DNA of 64,000 nucleotides from Deltaproteobacteria bacterium HGW-Deltaproteobacteria-6. GTDB taxonomy: Bacteria; Desulfobacterota; Syntrophia; Syntrophales; Smithellaceae. The notes under the pieces are model-generated. The model ran no database searches and was not told the DNA's origin. It was given only the letters and a program-made list of their open reading frames with translations. This document shows positions 9,948-20,542 of this stretch, in pieces (the first letter of the stretch is position 1; every line of letters begins with the position of its first letter). Both the position numbers and the translations under genes were made by a program. The stretch lies in contig PHAT01000010.1 of the NCBI GenBank assembly GCA_002840435.1, positions 26,393-90,392 on the forward strand. Reading direction: 5' to 3'.

Positions 9948-9971
9948 AGATGATCTTCCGAATGCGCAGAT

Positions 9972-10002
9972 AAAAAAAGCGGGCCTTGTGCCCGCTTTTT
10001 TT
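9972..10002. terminator. bidirectional rho-independent terminator between convergent genes
   Basis: The sequence aaaaaaagcgggc-cttgt-gcccgcttttttt has a GC stem flanked by an A-run and a T-run. Confidence 0.7.
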
Positions 10003-13000
10003 ACCGGATAATCTTTCTGTCTATCGCCGCCGGTTTTGCGCCTTCCCGCTCTACCATGGAATGGCTGTCTCCTTTGCCGCGGAATCGCTTGACGTTAAGC
10101 ATGAAAATTTCCAGTTTGCTTAAAACATTGGGCGGTAAAAGGTTCCCGTCGATTTCAATGGAAATCGCCGGATATTTTCTTTCTCTGGCCCATGGCGTGA
10201 ATAATCCTTCGATGACGCGGCCGATCAGGCAGGCAAACGGGGAAATGTTGACGATGCCCGAATAGCCGTCCATCATGGCGGTAGCGGCCACGCCGCTGGA
10301 GATGCTGATTTCCGAATGCAGTTCATGGCTGACAAAATGCTTTTCCGTGTTTTTCATGATGGCTTTCATATCATGAGGCGTACTGGGCACCAGTCCGGTT
10401 ACGCGCAGCGTGTCGCGAATGTTTTTTTCCACATTTTTTTTATAGGTATGTTCAATTTTCCAATCGATGATGTCGCGAAACTCCCGGGCGAATAAACGCC
10501 TGTACCACGGCGTCAGGTTCAATTTCTTTTTGAGCTCGTAGTGCCGGACGAAGTCGCAATAGTAAAACCATTCGGCGACATTCGATACCTTGCCGACGAT
10601 GCCGTGACGGCTGAACTGTTGAATCAGTTCATCAACGGCGAAATCGTCGCGCCGGACGTAGATTTCACCCACAATCAGCACTTTCGGGCAGTCTTCCATT
10701 TTTCTGGCCAGCGGTATTTGAGAAATTGTCGAGGCGATATCCTTGAGAACCGGCAGAACTTTGGTAATATCCTGCTCGGCTACGCTGAGCATTTTTTGCC
10801 AGATCTGATCATAGATCCTCATAGCCTCGACAGGATCGGCCGCGCATGTCCGCAAAGATGTTTCGACATCTTTCATATAGTCGCCGATGACCGTCGCCCA
10901 CCAGGCGTACTTGGTGAATTCCGGACCCAGTTCGGTGTAGGAATTATCTGCCTCCAGGGTGAAGACAAGGACATTTTCCAGACGCAAATCCTTGAATAGG
11001 TTTTCATAGAAAACAAAATACTGACCGGTTCGGCAAGGGCCGGTTGTTGTGGGCACAAACAGAATATAGATTTCATCCTTGCGATATTGGTCGGAGGATA
11101 AATACTTGAGAGCGCTGCCTAAGACAAGGTGCGACGGCAGGCACTCTTTGCCGGAGGCGTGATTGCGAGCCATCTGCAGCGTATAGATGTCCGGCACCGG
11201 CATGGCTTCCGCGTTGACGCCCAACCCCCGGATTGTTGCGCCGATCAATTCCGCCGAGAGTCTGCCCATATTGGATAGGAGCAGTTTGACACGCGGGTTT
11301 CCTTTAATCGGGATTTTTTCGCCGGTGATGATATTTTTAATGTGGATTTCCTCACCGGGATTGTTGATGAACCGCAGGCCATTGTCGTATCGTTCCTCAC
11401 GAATATCGGTGAGTTTGGAACGGTAACCTTCGATGATATCCAGAAACGCCTCAATGCGGGTATCGACGCCGGCATCCGCCGTGTGGGAATCCAACTCCAG
11501 AATCAGAAATGGTTTGGTGCCCATGATCCATTTTAAATAATGCAGCATGAAGGAATCAGGGGCGCAGGAAAAATTGGAAATGTAGGTGACAAAAATGTTG
11601 TCTTCATCCTTCAGGAGTGCGCCGGCTTTCATATCCTGCTGGCCGTAATACCAGTACATGTTAGGATAGATAGTCTGATCTTCGAAGGGAAGAATATCAA
11701 ACGGAATGATCGAATAACCGCGGGAGGTGTATTTCCGGGGGATGCCCATATTGGCATCGGCGGTAAAGGAGTTATAAGGACGTCCCAGAACGGCGATTAC
11801 CGCACGCCTGGCCAGACGGGCCTCTTCAAGCGCTTGTTTTCCCAATCTGGAAAATTGGGAAAAACATTCCATTTGTTTTTCATAGGCGACGGCAAAAGCA
11901 TTTTTCGCCTCGCTTTCGCCGAAGCCCAGTTTGGCGGCCATCGTGACAAACGGTTCGGCGGCTTTTTCAAGTCCATACATAAAGCTGACCACCGGCGCTA
12001 AATATTTTTCGTCTGGAATCTCCGGAAAAGCCTTCTGGATATAATAGGGCAGGCTCTGTGTGATCGGGCAGAAATTGGCCGGAGCAATTTTTTCATAACT
12101 TTCCATATCGCGGAAATGCGGCAGGAAGATATAATCGATTTTGCGGTTAAAGATATCCTGAACGGCGCCATGCGCGATTTCCGCCGGGAAACAGTAACTG
12201 CTTTCCACACGCGCCGTTCCTTCGTGAGAAATCTCTTCGGAGACAAATGTTTCCACTCCCAGCGTATGGAAAAACCAGGAATAGAGGGGCCAGAGCGTAT
12301 AAATGGAAAAACAGCGGGGGATGCCGACGATATAATCTTTTTTTCTGATCAGCGTGGCCGGATCGGGGGCGCATTCCTTAAAAAGGATGTCATTGCGTTT
12401 TTCAATGTAGTCGATCACGCAGGCTTCATTGAAAACTTTTTTCTTCCGCATATTGGCGTATTTATTACAGCGGCCGCCGAACATGTATTTGTGGCCATTG
12501 ACATTGAGAATGCGGATCGGACAGAAATTGTCGCAGGCTTTACACTGAAATTCCTTTTCATAGATAATGCTGGTGGCGAGGATTTGATCAATGTCATAGG
12601 CGCCTTTGGTCAGAAATCCTTCGGTGACTTTTTGCTTGGCCAGAATGCCCACGCCGAAGCAACCCATCAGTTCGGGATCAGGCGGCACCAGAATGTCCTT
12701 ATCCAGAAGCATCGCAAAGGCCAGCGGGACGGCTTTGTTCTTGGCGACGCCGCCCTGCAGTACAATATTTTTGCCGATGGTCCGATTACCCACGACGCGA
12801 TTGAGGTAATTGGACACGATAGAGGTGACAATGCCCGCGGTAATATCTTCGCGCGTTGCGCCCTGCTGAATGGCGTTGCGTATATCGGAATTGATAAAGG
12901 CGGAGCAGTGTTCGCCGAACTTCAGTGGCTCTCTGGCGGCAAGCGCGATGTCGCCGATCAGAGCGGCGTCGGAAATATTCAGATCGCCCTGCGCCGATTC

Positions 13001-14311
13001 TTCCAGGAATGATCCGGTTCCCGCGGAACAGGCTTCATTCATGGCGTAATCAATCGGGACTTTGTTTTTCAGAGACACATACTTGGCGTCCTGTCCGCCG
13101 ATTTCGAAGATGGTGTCGATATTGTCCCGGTAAAAGGAAGTGCCGACGGCATGTGCAATGATCTCATTATAAACGGCAGGTGTTTCCAGAAACACGCCGA
13201 GAATTTCCCGCGAAGAGCCGGTTGTGGAAGCCAGCGTGATGTTGATTTTCCCGTCGCCGATATCTTCCCGAATTTGTTTTTTTATTTCGATGAGACAGTT
13301 TTTAAGTGAGTTGACCGGATCGCCGTGCGTGCGGCCATAAAAAGATGCGGTAACTTCACTGGTTTCGATGTCGATGAGGCAGGCTTTTGTAGTGGTGGAA
13401 CCGCCATCGACGCCGAGGATATATTCATGGCCGGCTTTGACTTTGCCTTTTTGTGAAGGCAGGTAGGTCACTCTCCCCTGAGCGGTTTGCAGGCTTTTAA
13501 ATCTTTTAAACTGAATGTGGCTCTTTTTAAACAATGAATTTAAAGAAGGCAGGCTGCTTCCGGAGATTGCGGCCATCAGCGCCGCTCCGTACGCTTCGAA
13601 ATAGGCCGCCTCTTCGGGGACAATGAATTCGATGTCCGGCATACGCTCACGGATGAAGCGCAGAATGTACGGATTTTGCGTTACGCCGCCAACGAGCAGG
13701 ACTTTTCCTTTTTCGATTCTGGCTCTTTTCAGAAAGTCGACGACTTTGATGGCCATGACATCGGAGAGCGATAAGACAATATCGCCGGTTTTGGCTTCGC
13801 CCTTGTTCAAACGGTGTGTGCAATCGCTTTTCATGAAGACCGAACAGCGCGAAGAAAGCTTCAGCACCCGGCAGTCTTTAGGGATGTTGTTAATATCGCT
13901 GAGCTTCATGTTCATCCGTGCGAGCTGCTGTTTGAAAAATTCGCCGGTGCCGGACGCACATTTGTTGCCGGAAAAACTGGTAATGATTTTATTATTCTTG
14001 TCGATGGTATAGACGACAAGATCTTCTCCTCCGAGAGAAACAAGCGCATCAATTTGATGATTGAGCTTTTGCAGAGCTCTTTCGATGCAGAGAGGTTCAA
14101 TGACACTATTGATATTTAAAAGATGCCGGCCTTCGGTACCGGTGGCCAGTGTTTTGATGTCCAGTGGTAAATGACGGCTTGAAAGAATCTTTTTGAGGGT
14201 ATCGAGAAAGTTTCCTTCATGAGGTTCTACGGCGCTCCATGCAATATCATCTCCTTCCAGCATGGCTACCTTAACATTCGAGGAGCCGATATTAATTCCC
14301 AGACTGTGCAT
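10001..14311 (-). CDS. fused tandem BcrAD/BadFG/HgdC-type ATPase (acyl-CoA dehydratase activase-like) plus a large DUF2229-like C-terminal region
   Basis: The 1436-aa product has two actin-fold ATPase modules (LGINIGSSNVKVAML...GNKCASGTGEFF and LGVDGGSTTTKACLI...NEACSAGTGSFLEE). These are followed by about 800 aa resembling the uncharacterised 'CoA enzyme activase' extension. The substrate is unknown. Confidence 0.8.
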   Translation of the reverse strand: MHSLGINIGSSNVKVAMLEGDDIAWSAVEPHEGNFLDTLKKILSSRHLPLDIKTLATGTEGRHLLNINSVIEPLCIERALQKLNHQIDALVSLGGEDLVVYTIDKNNKIITSFSGNKCASGTGEFFKQQLARMNMKLSDINNIPKDCRVLKLSSRCSVFMKSDCTHRLNKGEAKTGDIVLSLSDVMAIKVVDFLKRARIEKGKVLLVGGVTQNPYILRFIRERMPDIEFIVPEEAAYFEAYGAALMAAISGSSLPSLNSLFKKSHIQFKRFKSLQTAQGRVTYLPSQKGKVKAGHEYILGVDGGSTTTKACLIDIETSEVTASFYGRTHGDPVNSLKNCLIEIKKQIREDIGDGKINITLASTTGSSREILGVFLETPAVYNEIIAHAVGTSFYRDNIDTIFEIGGQDAKYVSLKNKVPIDYAMNEACSAGTGSFLEESAQGDLNISDAALIGDIALAAREPLKFGEHCSAFINSDIRNAIQQGATREDITAGIVTSIVSNYLNRVVGNRTIGKNIVLQGGVAKNKAVPLAFAMLLDKDILVPPDPELMGCFGVGILAKQKVTEGFLTKGAYDIDQILATSIIYEKEFQCKACDNFCPIRILNVNGHKYMFGGRCNKYANMRKKKVFNEACVIDYIEKRNDILFKECAPDPATLIRKKDYIVGIPRCFSIYTLWPLYSWFFHTLGVETFVSEEISHEGTARVESSYCFPAEIAHGAVQDIFNRKIDYIFLPHFRDMESYEKIAPANFCPITQSLPYYIQKAFPEIPDEKYLAPVVSFMYGLEKAAEPFVTMAAKLGFGESEAKNAFAVAYEKQMECFSQFSRLGKQALEEARLARRAVIAVLGRPYNSFTADANMGIPRKYTSRGYSIIPFDILPFEDQTIYPNMYWYYGQQDMKAGALLKDEDNIFVTYISNFSCAPDSFMLHYLKWIMGTKPFLILELDSHTADAGVDTRIEAFLDIIEGYRSKLTDIREERYDNGLRFINNPGEEIHIKNIITGEKIPIKGNPRVKLLLSNMGRLSAELIGATIRGLGVNAEAMPVPDIYTLQMARNHASGKECLPSHLVLGSALKYLSSDQYRKDEIYILFVPTTTGPCRTGQYFVFYENLFKDLRLENVLVFTLEADNSYTELGPEFTKYAWWATVIGDYMKDVETSLRTCAADPVEAMRIYDQIWQKMLSVAEQDITKVLPVLKDIASTISQIPLARKMEDCPKVLIVGEIYVRRDDFAVDELIQQFSRHGIVGKVSNVAEWFYYCDFVRHYELKKKLNLTPWYRRLFAREFRDIIDWKIEHTYKKNVEKNIRDTLRVTGLVPSTPHDMKAIMKNTEKHFVSHELHSEISISSGVAATAMMDGYSGIVNISPFACLIGRVIEGLFTPWARERKYPAISIEIDGNLLPPNVLSKLEIFMLNVKRFRGKGDSHSMVEREGAKPAAIDRKIIR

Positions 14312-14437
14312 AAAAACTCCCTTAAATAAATAATCCCAAAGGTCAATATTACTATTGAATCATATCGTCAAGCATCAGATGAGATAAATTTAAAAAATCT
14401 TCATAAGACAAAGAGTTAGACAGCCTCGGTAAAAGAA

Positions 14438-14479
14438 GAAAAAAGCAGCTGATAGCGATTGCCGTCAGCTGCTTTTTTT
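14438..14479 (-). terminator. rho-independent terminator downstream of atpB (symmetric A/T flanks)
   Basis: The stem agcagctga (14444-14452) pairs with tcagctgct (14465-14473), with an A-run on one side and a T-run on the other. It lies about 70 nt after the atpB stop. Confidence 0.65.
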
Positions 14480-14546
14480 GTTGTTACTATATTATATGTT
14501 TGTTGGTCAGGATACTATCTTTGTTTAATGCCAACTCACCGCAATG

Positions 14547-15218
14547 TTAATGAGCTTCCTCCATCGCGCCGCCGATATACATCATGGACAGCAGCATGAA
14601 AACCAGTGTCTGAACGACTGAGGTAAAGATCATCAAGAACATAATGGGCAGCGGAACAATCAGCGGCACCAGAAGCAGAACAACCAGGAGAACAATGTCT
14701 TCACCTGCGATATTGCCGAATAACCGGAAGGTCAGAGACAAAGGCCGCGACAGATGACTGATGAGCTCAATAGGTAGCATGAGTGGAATCAGCCACCAGA
14801 CAGGTCCCAGAAACTGTTTGATATACTTGAAGCCGTGGGTGATGATGCCGATGACATGTGTTGAGAAGAATACAACCAGTGCCATGGCCAGATTTGTGTT
14901 GATGTTGGCAGTAGGTGATTCAAATCCGGGAATGATTCCGATCATGTTTGACGTAAAGATGAAAAGCCCGATCGTGGCGATTAACGGAAAAAACTTTTTT
15001 CCATGGGTTCCCATCGTGTCGAGCAACAATGTGTGAAGGCCGTCCACGATGACTTCCATAACATTTTGCAGACGTCCCGGGTAAACCTGCAAACGCCGTG
15101 TTGCCAGGAAGGAAAGCACGGACAGCAGAAGAACTATAAACAAAGTATTGAAAACAATGGTCATGTTAATGCCCACATCTTTCAGCCAGGTCGTGTGGAA
15201 GAATATTAGGGGTTCCAT
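14547..15218 (-). CDS. atpB: F-type ATP synthase Fo subunit a
   Basis: The conserved subunit-a C-terminal region is present ([22 protein letters not shown], with the essential Arg). The product is 223 aa with about 5-6 TM helices. Confidence 0.9.
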   Translation of the reverse strand: MEPLIFFHTTWLKDVGINMTIVFNTLFIVLLLSVLSFLATRRLQVYPGRLQNVMEVIVDGLHTLLLDTMGTHGKKFFPLIATIGLFIFTSNMIGIIPGFESPTANINTNLAMALVVFFSTHVIGIITHGFKYIKQFLGPVWWLIPLMLPIELISHLSRPLSLTFRLFGNIAGEDIVLLVVLLLVPLIVPLPIMFLMIFTSVVQTLVFMLLSMMYIGGAMEEAH

Positions 15219-15224
15219 TTGTTT

Positions 15225-15620
15225 CTAACTAACCTCCTCAATAAAGTTTTTTTTTGCCAGGGTGGTAATCACCGTGAAAACGATATTGATTACCACCACG
15301 GAAAGTCCAATAAGCAGGCCGATGATATTTACGGTATCAGTGGCGATTAGAAAATACAAAACAACAGCGGTCAAGGCCAGGCGAATGTAATATTTGACCA
15401 TGGTCGGTCGTTTGACATTTCCGGAAGGATTTCTGAAAAGACCGCGCAAACCAAGTTCCATTCCGTAAAAGTTGAGAATGCTGATAAAACCGCCCAGGAG
15501 AACGCCCAGGTAGAATTTTGTCGGTGCAAAAATGAAAGAGGGGATGACCAAGACTGCCAAAATGATCCAGTTGGCAATTTCAAGTTTTCTTTGGAGCGGG
15601 TCTTTGGCGATGAGGTTCAC
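15225..15620 (-). CDS. atpI: ATP synthase protein I (AtpI-like small membrane protein)
   Basis: It is a 131-aa protein with four hydrophobic helices, located immediately upstream of atpB. The call rests on position and topology. Confidence 0.6.
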   Translation of the reverse strand: MNLIAKDPLQRKLEIANWIILAVLVIPSFIFAPTKFYLGVLLGGFISILNFYGMELGLRGLFRNPSGNVKRPTMVKYYIRLALTAVVLYFLIATDTVNIIGLLIGLSVVVINIVFTVITTLAKKNFIEEVS

Positions 15621-15864
15621 TTTTTAAACTCTTTATGATGGATTCTTCATCTCTGAAATTTCTTTGCACTAAAACATATATGTTACGAAATCCGGCCGAA
15701 ATTCCGATCAATAGAAAAACGACGGTGAATACATGGCCGGAATCAAATTTCCGATCTAAATAACTTCCTAAAAGGAGGCAACCAAAAATTGCCAGAACCA
15801 TTGCGATTCCAATACTGCTGGCATAGGCCATCTGGATGCCCAATTTTTTGGTTTCGCTATCCAT
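15580..15864 (-). CDS. atpZ: AtpZ/AtpI-family small membrane protein (putative Fo-associated)
   Basis: It is a 94-aa protein with two TM helices and a basic tail, located upstream of atpI-atpB as in many atpZIB(E) operons. It overlaps the next ORF by 41 nt. Confidence 0.55.
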   Translation of the reverse strand: MDSETKKLGIQMAYASSIGIAMVLAIFGCLLLGSYLDRKFDSGHVFTVVFLLIGISAGFRNIYVLVQRNFRDEESIIKSLKSEPHRQRPAPKKT

Positions 15865-15927
15865 TTAGTGATGAGCTCCTTAACATGTGCGATAAACAAA
15901 GTCAAACAAAAACATGACCGGCGTTCA

Positions 15928-16896
<969 letters not shown>

Positions 16897-17928
16897 TTAA
16901 CTTATTCTTTCAGAGTTTGCACAGGTAAAACCCGCATCCATCAGAGTTTTTTCCTTTTTAGCTAATTCCAGATCGGTTGCGATCATCATATCTACGAGCT
17001 CGTCAAAGGAAGTTTTGGGCTGCCAGTTCAGAGCTTTTTTCGCTTTGGATGCGTCTCCCAGTAAAACGTCAACCTCCGTGGGACGGAAATAACGGGGATC
17101 AACTGCCACATGCTGATGATAATCCAACCCGAGTTTGCTGAATACTTTTTCAGCAAACTCGCGCACCGAGTGAGTTTCACCGGTAGCGATTGCATAATCA
17201 TCGGGTTTATCCTGCTGGAGCATCAGCCACATTGCTTCCACAAAGTCGCCGGCAAAGCCCCAGTCTCTTTTGGCTTCCAGATTGCCCAGGTAAAGCTTGT
17301 CTCTAAGCCCCAGCTTGATTTGTGTTGCCGCGCGGGTAATTTTACGGGTGACGAATGTTTCACCGCGCCGCGGCGATTCGTGATTGAAAAGGATACCGTT
17401 GGTCGCAAAGATGCCGTAAGCATCACGGTAGTTTCGCACAATGTAATAGGCATACACTTTGGCTGCGGCATAGGGGCTGCGAGGCTGAAATAAAGTATTC
17501 TCGTTTTGTGGTGGTGGCGCCGCGCCGAACATTTCGCTGGAGGAAGCCTGATAAAATTTTGTTTTGATGCCGGTCTTTCTGATTGATTCCAGAATTCTCA
17601 AGGTTCCCAATCCGGTAATGTCACCGGTGTATTCGGGCATGTCAAAACTGACGCGTACATGACTTTGCGCGCCCAAATGATAAATTTCGTCGGGGTTGAT
17701 GGAGGCGAGCAAATCCATGAGCTGACCGGAAACGCTCAAATCACCATAATGCAGGAATAATTTTGTATCCGGTTCATGGGAATCGTGGTAAAGATGATCG
17801 ATACGATCCGTGTTAAATGTGCTGGAACGGCGAATCAAACCGTGAACTTCATATCCTTTGTTTAATAGAAACTCAGCCAGATATGATCCATCCTGTCCGG
17901 TAATTCCTGTAATAAATGCTTTTTTCAT
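16897..17928 (-). CDS. gmd: GDP-mannose 4,6-dehydratase
   Basis: The translation [36 protein letters not shown]... is strongly Gmd-like. The ATG at 17928 is preceded by AAGGAGA; the 17-codon upstream extension in the ORF track was rejected. Confidence 0.95.
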   Translation of the reverse strand: MKKAFITGITGQDGSYLAEFLLNKGYEVHGLIRRSSTFNTDRIDHLYHDSHEPDTKLFLHYGDLSVSGQLMDLLASINPDEIYHLGAQSHVRVSFDMPEYTGDITGLGTLRILESIRKTGIKTKFYQASSSEMFGAAPPPQNENTLFQPRSPYAAAKVYAYYIVRNYRDAYGIFATNGILFNHESPRRGETFVTRKITRAATQIKLGLRDKLYLGNLEAKRDWGFAGDFVEAMWLMLQQDKPDDYAIATGETHSVREFAEKVFSKLGLDYHQHVAVDPRYFRPTEVDVLLGDASKAKKALNWQPKTSFDELVDMMIATDLELAKKEKTLMDAGFTCANSERIS

Positions 17929-18129
17929 AAATCTCCTTAATGTTGAGTTAGCTTTAAATCGCTCCAAGAGTTTGTGCACGGAGACCGTGTCTGATCCGGT
18001 TCAAAGATGGTTTTCATATTGAGAAGGATCAGAATTATCTTCATGTTCAGGATTCCCGATTAGTCTAATATTTTAAGACAAACGGATGAAATGTCTTACC
18101 GTATCGATTGTTAATTGTCAATAAACCGG

Positions 18130-19413
18130 TTACAGGGTTTTTAATGTTTCCGCTAAAGCGGAAAGGGTCTGGTCGATGTCTTTATCCGTATGCGCAAAGG
18201 ATAAGAACCCTGCTTCAAATTGCGATGGGGCCAGCCAGACATTGTGTTTGACCATACCGTGAAAAAAACGGGCATAGAGGTTGGTTTTTGATTTCAACGC
18301 CGTGTTCAGATCGTACACCGGTCCTTCCTGAAAAAAAATGGTGAACATTGAACAGAACTTGTTGATGCAGACGGCAATGCCCTGCTTCGCGAATATTTTT
18401 TCCGCTTCCTGGCAAAGATCATCCGCCCGGTACGTTAATGATGCAAAAGAAGTTGTTTGGGATTTGAGAATGTTGAGCGTAGCGATACCGGCGCTCATGG
18501 CGAGCGGATTTCCGGAAAGGGTTCCCGCCTGGTAAATATCACCGATGGGGGCGAGTCTTTCCATGATTTCTTGTTTGCCTCCTAATGCGCCTACCGGCAT
18601 GCCGCCACCGATGATTTTTCCCAGACAGGTCAGATCAGGTTTAATGCCGATCAGGTTCTGGTATCCGCCGAAGTGAAATCGGAAACCCGTAATGACTTCG
18701 TCGAAAATCAGCACGATGCCGTTTCGGGCTGTCAGATCCCGCAATTTATTTAAGAAACCATCCTGTGGGAGAACAACGCCCATGTTGCCCACGATCGGTT
18801 CAATGATCACAGCGGCCAGTTGCGATGCGTAACGCTCAATCGCGTTCTCCAGGGCATTAATATCATTGTATGGAAGGCTCAAAGTAAGCCTGGCCAGCTC
18901 TTCGGGAATCCCCGGCGAGCCCGGAATGCCGAGTGTTGTTACACCGGAGCCGGCTTTAATTAAAAGAGAGTCGGAATGACCGTGGTAGCAGCCGTCAAAT
19001 TTAATGATCATGTTTCTGCCTGTATAGCCTCTGGCCAGGCGAATAGCCGTCATGGTGGCCTCTGTGCCGGAACTGGTCATTCGCACCCGTTCAATGGATG
19101 GAATCGCTTCACTGATCAGCCGGGCCATGTTTGTTTCAGCATCGGTGGGAGCTCCGAAACTGGTTCCTTTTTGCGCTGCCTGACAGATAGCGGCAATGAC
19201 CTCCGGATGAGCGTGTCCCAAAATCATCGGCCCCCAGGAGAGAACATAATCGATATACTCCCTGCCCGTGGAATCATAAATTTTACTGCCTTGAGCGCGG
19301 CTCACAAAAACCGGATCACCGCCAACCGATTTCCAGGCGCGTACGGGGGAATTCACGCCGCCTGCGATCACTTGACTGGCTGCGGCAAACGGATTTTCAA
19401 TATTAGCGGTCAT
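18130..19413 (-). CDS. hemL: glutamate-1-semialdehyde 2,1-aminomutase
   Basis: The 427-aa product has the class-III aminotransferase pattern with HemL motifs (GGVNSPVRA, YVLSWGPMILGH, FDEVITGFR). Confidence 0.95.
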   Translation of the reverse strand: MTANIENPFAAASQVIAGGVNSPVRAWKSVGGDPVFVSRAQGSKIYDSTGREYIDYVLSWGPMILGHAHPEVIAAICQAAQKGTSFGAPTDAETNMARLISEAIPSIERVRMTSSGTEATMTAIRLARGYTGRNMIIKFDGCYHGHSDSLLIKAGSGVTTLGIPGSPGIPEELARLTLSLPYNDINALENAIERYASQLAAVIIEPIVGNMGVVLPQDGFLNKLRDLTARNGIVLIFDEVITGFRFHFGGYQNLIGIKPDLTCLGKIIGGGMPVGALGGKQEIMERLAPIGDIYQAGTLSGNPLAMSAGIATLNILKSQTTSFASLTYRADDLCQEAEKIFAKQGIAVCINKFCSMFTIFFQEGPVYDLNTALKSKTNLYARFFHGMVKHNVWLAPSQFEAGFLSFAHTDKDIDQTLSALAETLKTL

Positions 19414-19880
19414 TAAAAATACTCCGGAGATGTTTTTTTATATTCATGCAGGCTTTCCAGAATAAGAAAATCGTTGCTGCTGATTAATTCGGACATGGTG
19501 CTGAGCATGGACGAGATGTCATCATCCTGTGCATGCAGCATCGTAAAGAGATTATATTTATTTTGAAAAGCCGGCTTTCTTTCGTAGCAATGTGAAATGA
19601 ATGGTAGTCCGGCAAATAGCTTGCCGGCATTCTCGACGGCATCAATCGGAACTGACCACATCACCAGGGCATTCTTGCGATATCCGGCTTTTTGATGCCT
19701 GAGAATTGCGCCGAACTTTCTTACAACACCTTTTTGGGAAAGCTCTTTAAGCCAGGCTATTAATGCATCGCTTTTGAGACCGCAGGTATCGGCAATTTGC
19801 GTAAAAGGTTTCATGACAAGCGGAATGTCAGATTGGAGGATTCGGGCCGCTCTTAATTTCTGTTTGCTGAATGTTTCCAT
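19413..19880 (-). CDS. siroheme decarboxylase subunit (AhbA/AhbB, NirDLGH family; AsnC-like fold)
   Basis: The 155-aa product has the motif FISHCYERKP...KYNLFTMLHA typical of NirD/L/G/H and AhbA/B proteins. Its stop overlaps the hemL start. Confidence 0.7.
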   Translation of the reverse strand: METFSKQKLRAARILQSDIPLVMKPFTQIADTCGLKSDALIAWLKELSQKGVVRKFGAILRHQKAGYRKNALVMWSVPIDAVENAGKLFAGLPFISHCYERKPAFQNKYNLFTMLHAQDDDISSMLSTMSELISSNDFLILESLHEYKKTSPEYF

Positions 19881-20096
19881 AGCCGTTGTTTCTATCCTGC
19901 TTGCGTTATAAAATCAAGTCGGGTGTTCAGGTAAATATTTAGTCACCTGTTTTGCAAATATTTCTTGACAATCTCTTTATTGATCGTTAAAAAAGAATAC
20001 AAATGACCGGTAGTCGTCGAAATTTAAGGAAGGGAGGTTATAAAAAATAAAATACTTGACGGTTTCGGGCATAACAAAAAAATCAGGAGGCTTTAA

Positions 20097-20474
20097 ATGA
20101 AAAAGAGTTTGATTTATTCCGTGCTGGCGTTCGCGTTGGTTATTGTTTCCGCTCCCTTTGTATTTGCAGCTCCCGAAGCGGCTCAGGCTGCCACAGCAGG
20201 TGTTGATTACACAAAAGCCATTGTTATCGGTTGCGCTCTGCTTGGCGCTGGTTTTGCAATTGGTTTCGGCGCAGTAGGCGCAGGTCTTGGTCTTGGGCAG
20301 GCAACAAGCGGTGCAAGTAATGCAGTGGGTAGAAATCCCGAAGCTCAGGGTAAAGTTATGTTAACCATGATGGTCGGTATGGCTATGACGGAATCCGTCG
20401 CAATTTACGCGTTGGTTATCTCTCTGGTTATGCTGTTCGCCAACCCGTTAGTAAAGTTGGCCGGTATCGGTTAG
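20097..20474 (+). CDS. atpE: F-type ATP synthase Fo subunit c with an N-terminal signal-peptide-like extension
   Basis: The C-terminal ~80 aa form a c-subunit hairpin (GLGLGQATSGASNAVGRNPEAQGK...GMAMTESVAIYALVISLVMLFANP). The first ~25 aa (MKKSLIYSVLAFALVIVSAPFVFA) resemble a Sec signal peptide. An AGGAGG RBS is present. Confidence 0.9.
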   Translation: MKKSLIYSVLAFALVIVSAPFVFAAPEAAQAATAGVDYTKAIVIGCALLGAGFAIGFGAVGAGLGLGQATSGASNAVGRNPEAQGKVMLTMMVGMAMTESVAIYALVISLVMLFANPLVKLAGIG

Positions 20475-20497
20475 TCAAAAATAATTAGCTATTTTAT

Positions 20498-20542
20498 AAA
20501 GGGAGAAGAAGCAAATAACAAAGGACTTCTTCTCCCTTTTTT
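20498..20542 (+). terminator. rho-independent terminator of atpE
   Basis: The stem aaagggagaagaag pairs with cttcttctcccttt and is followed by a T-run, about 24 nt after the atpE stop. Confidence 0.8.
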
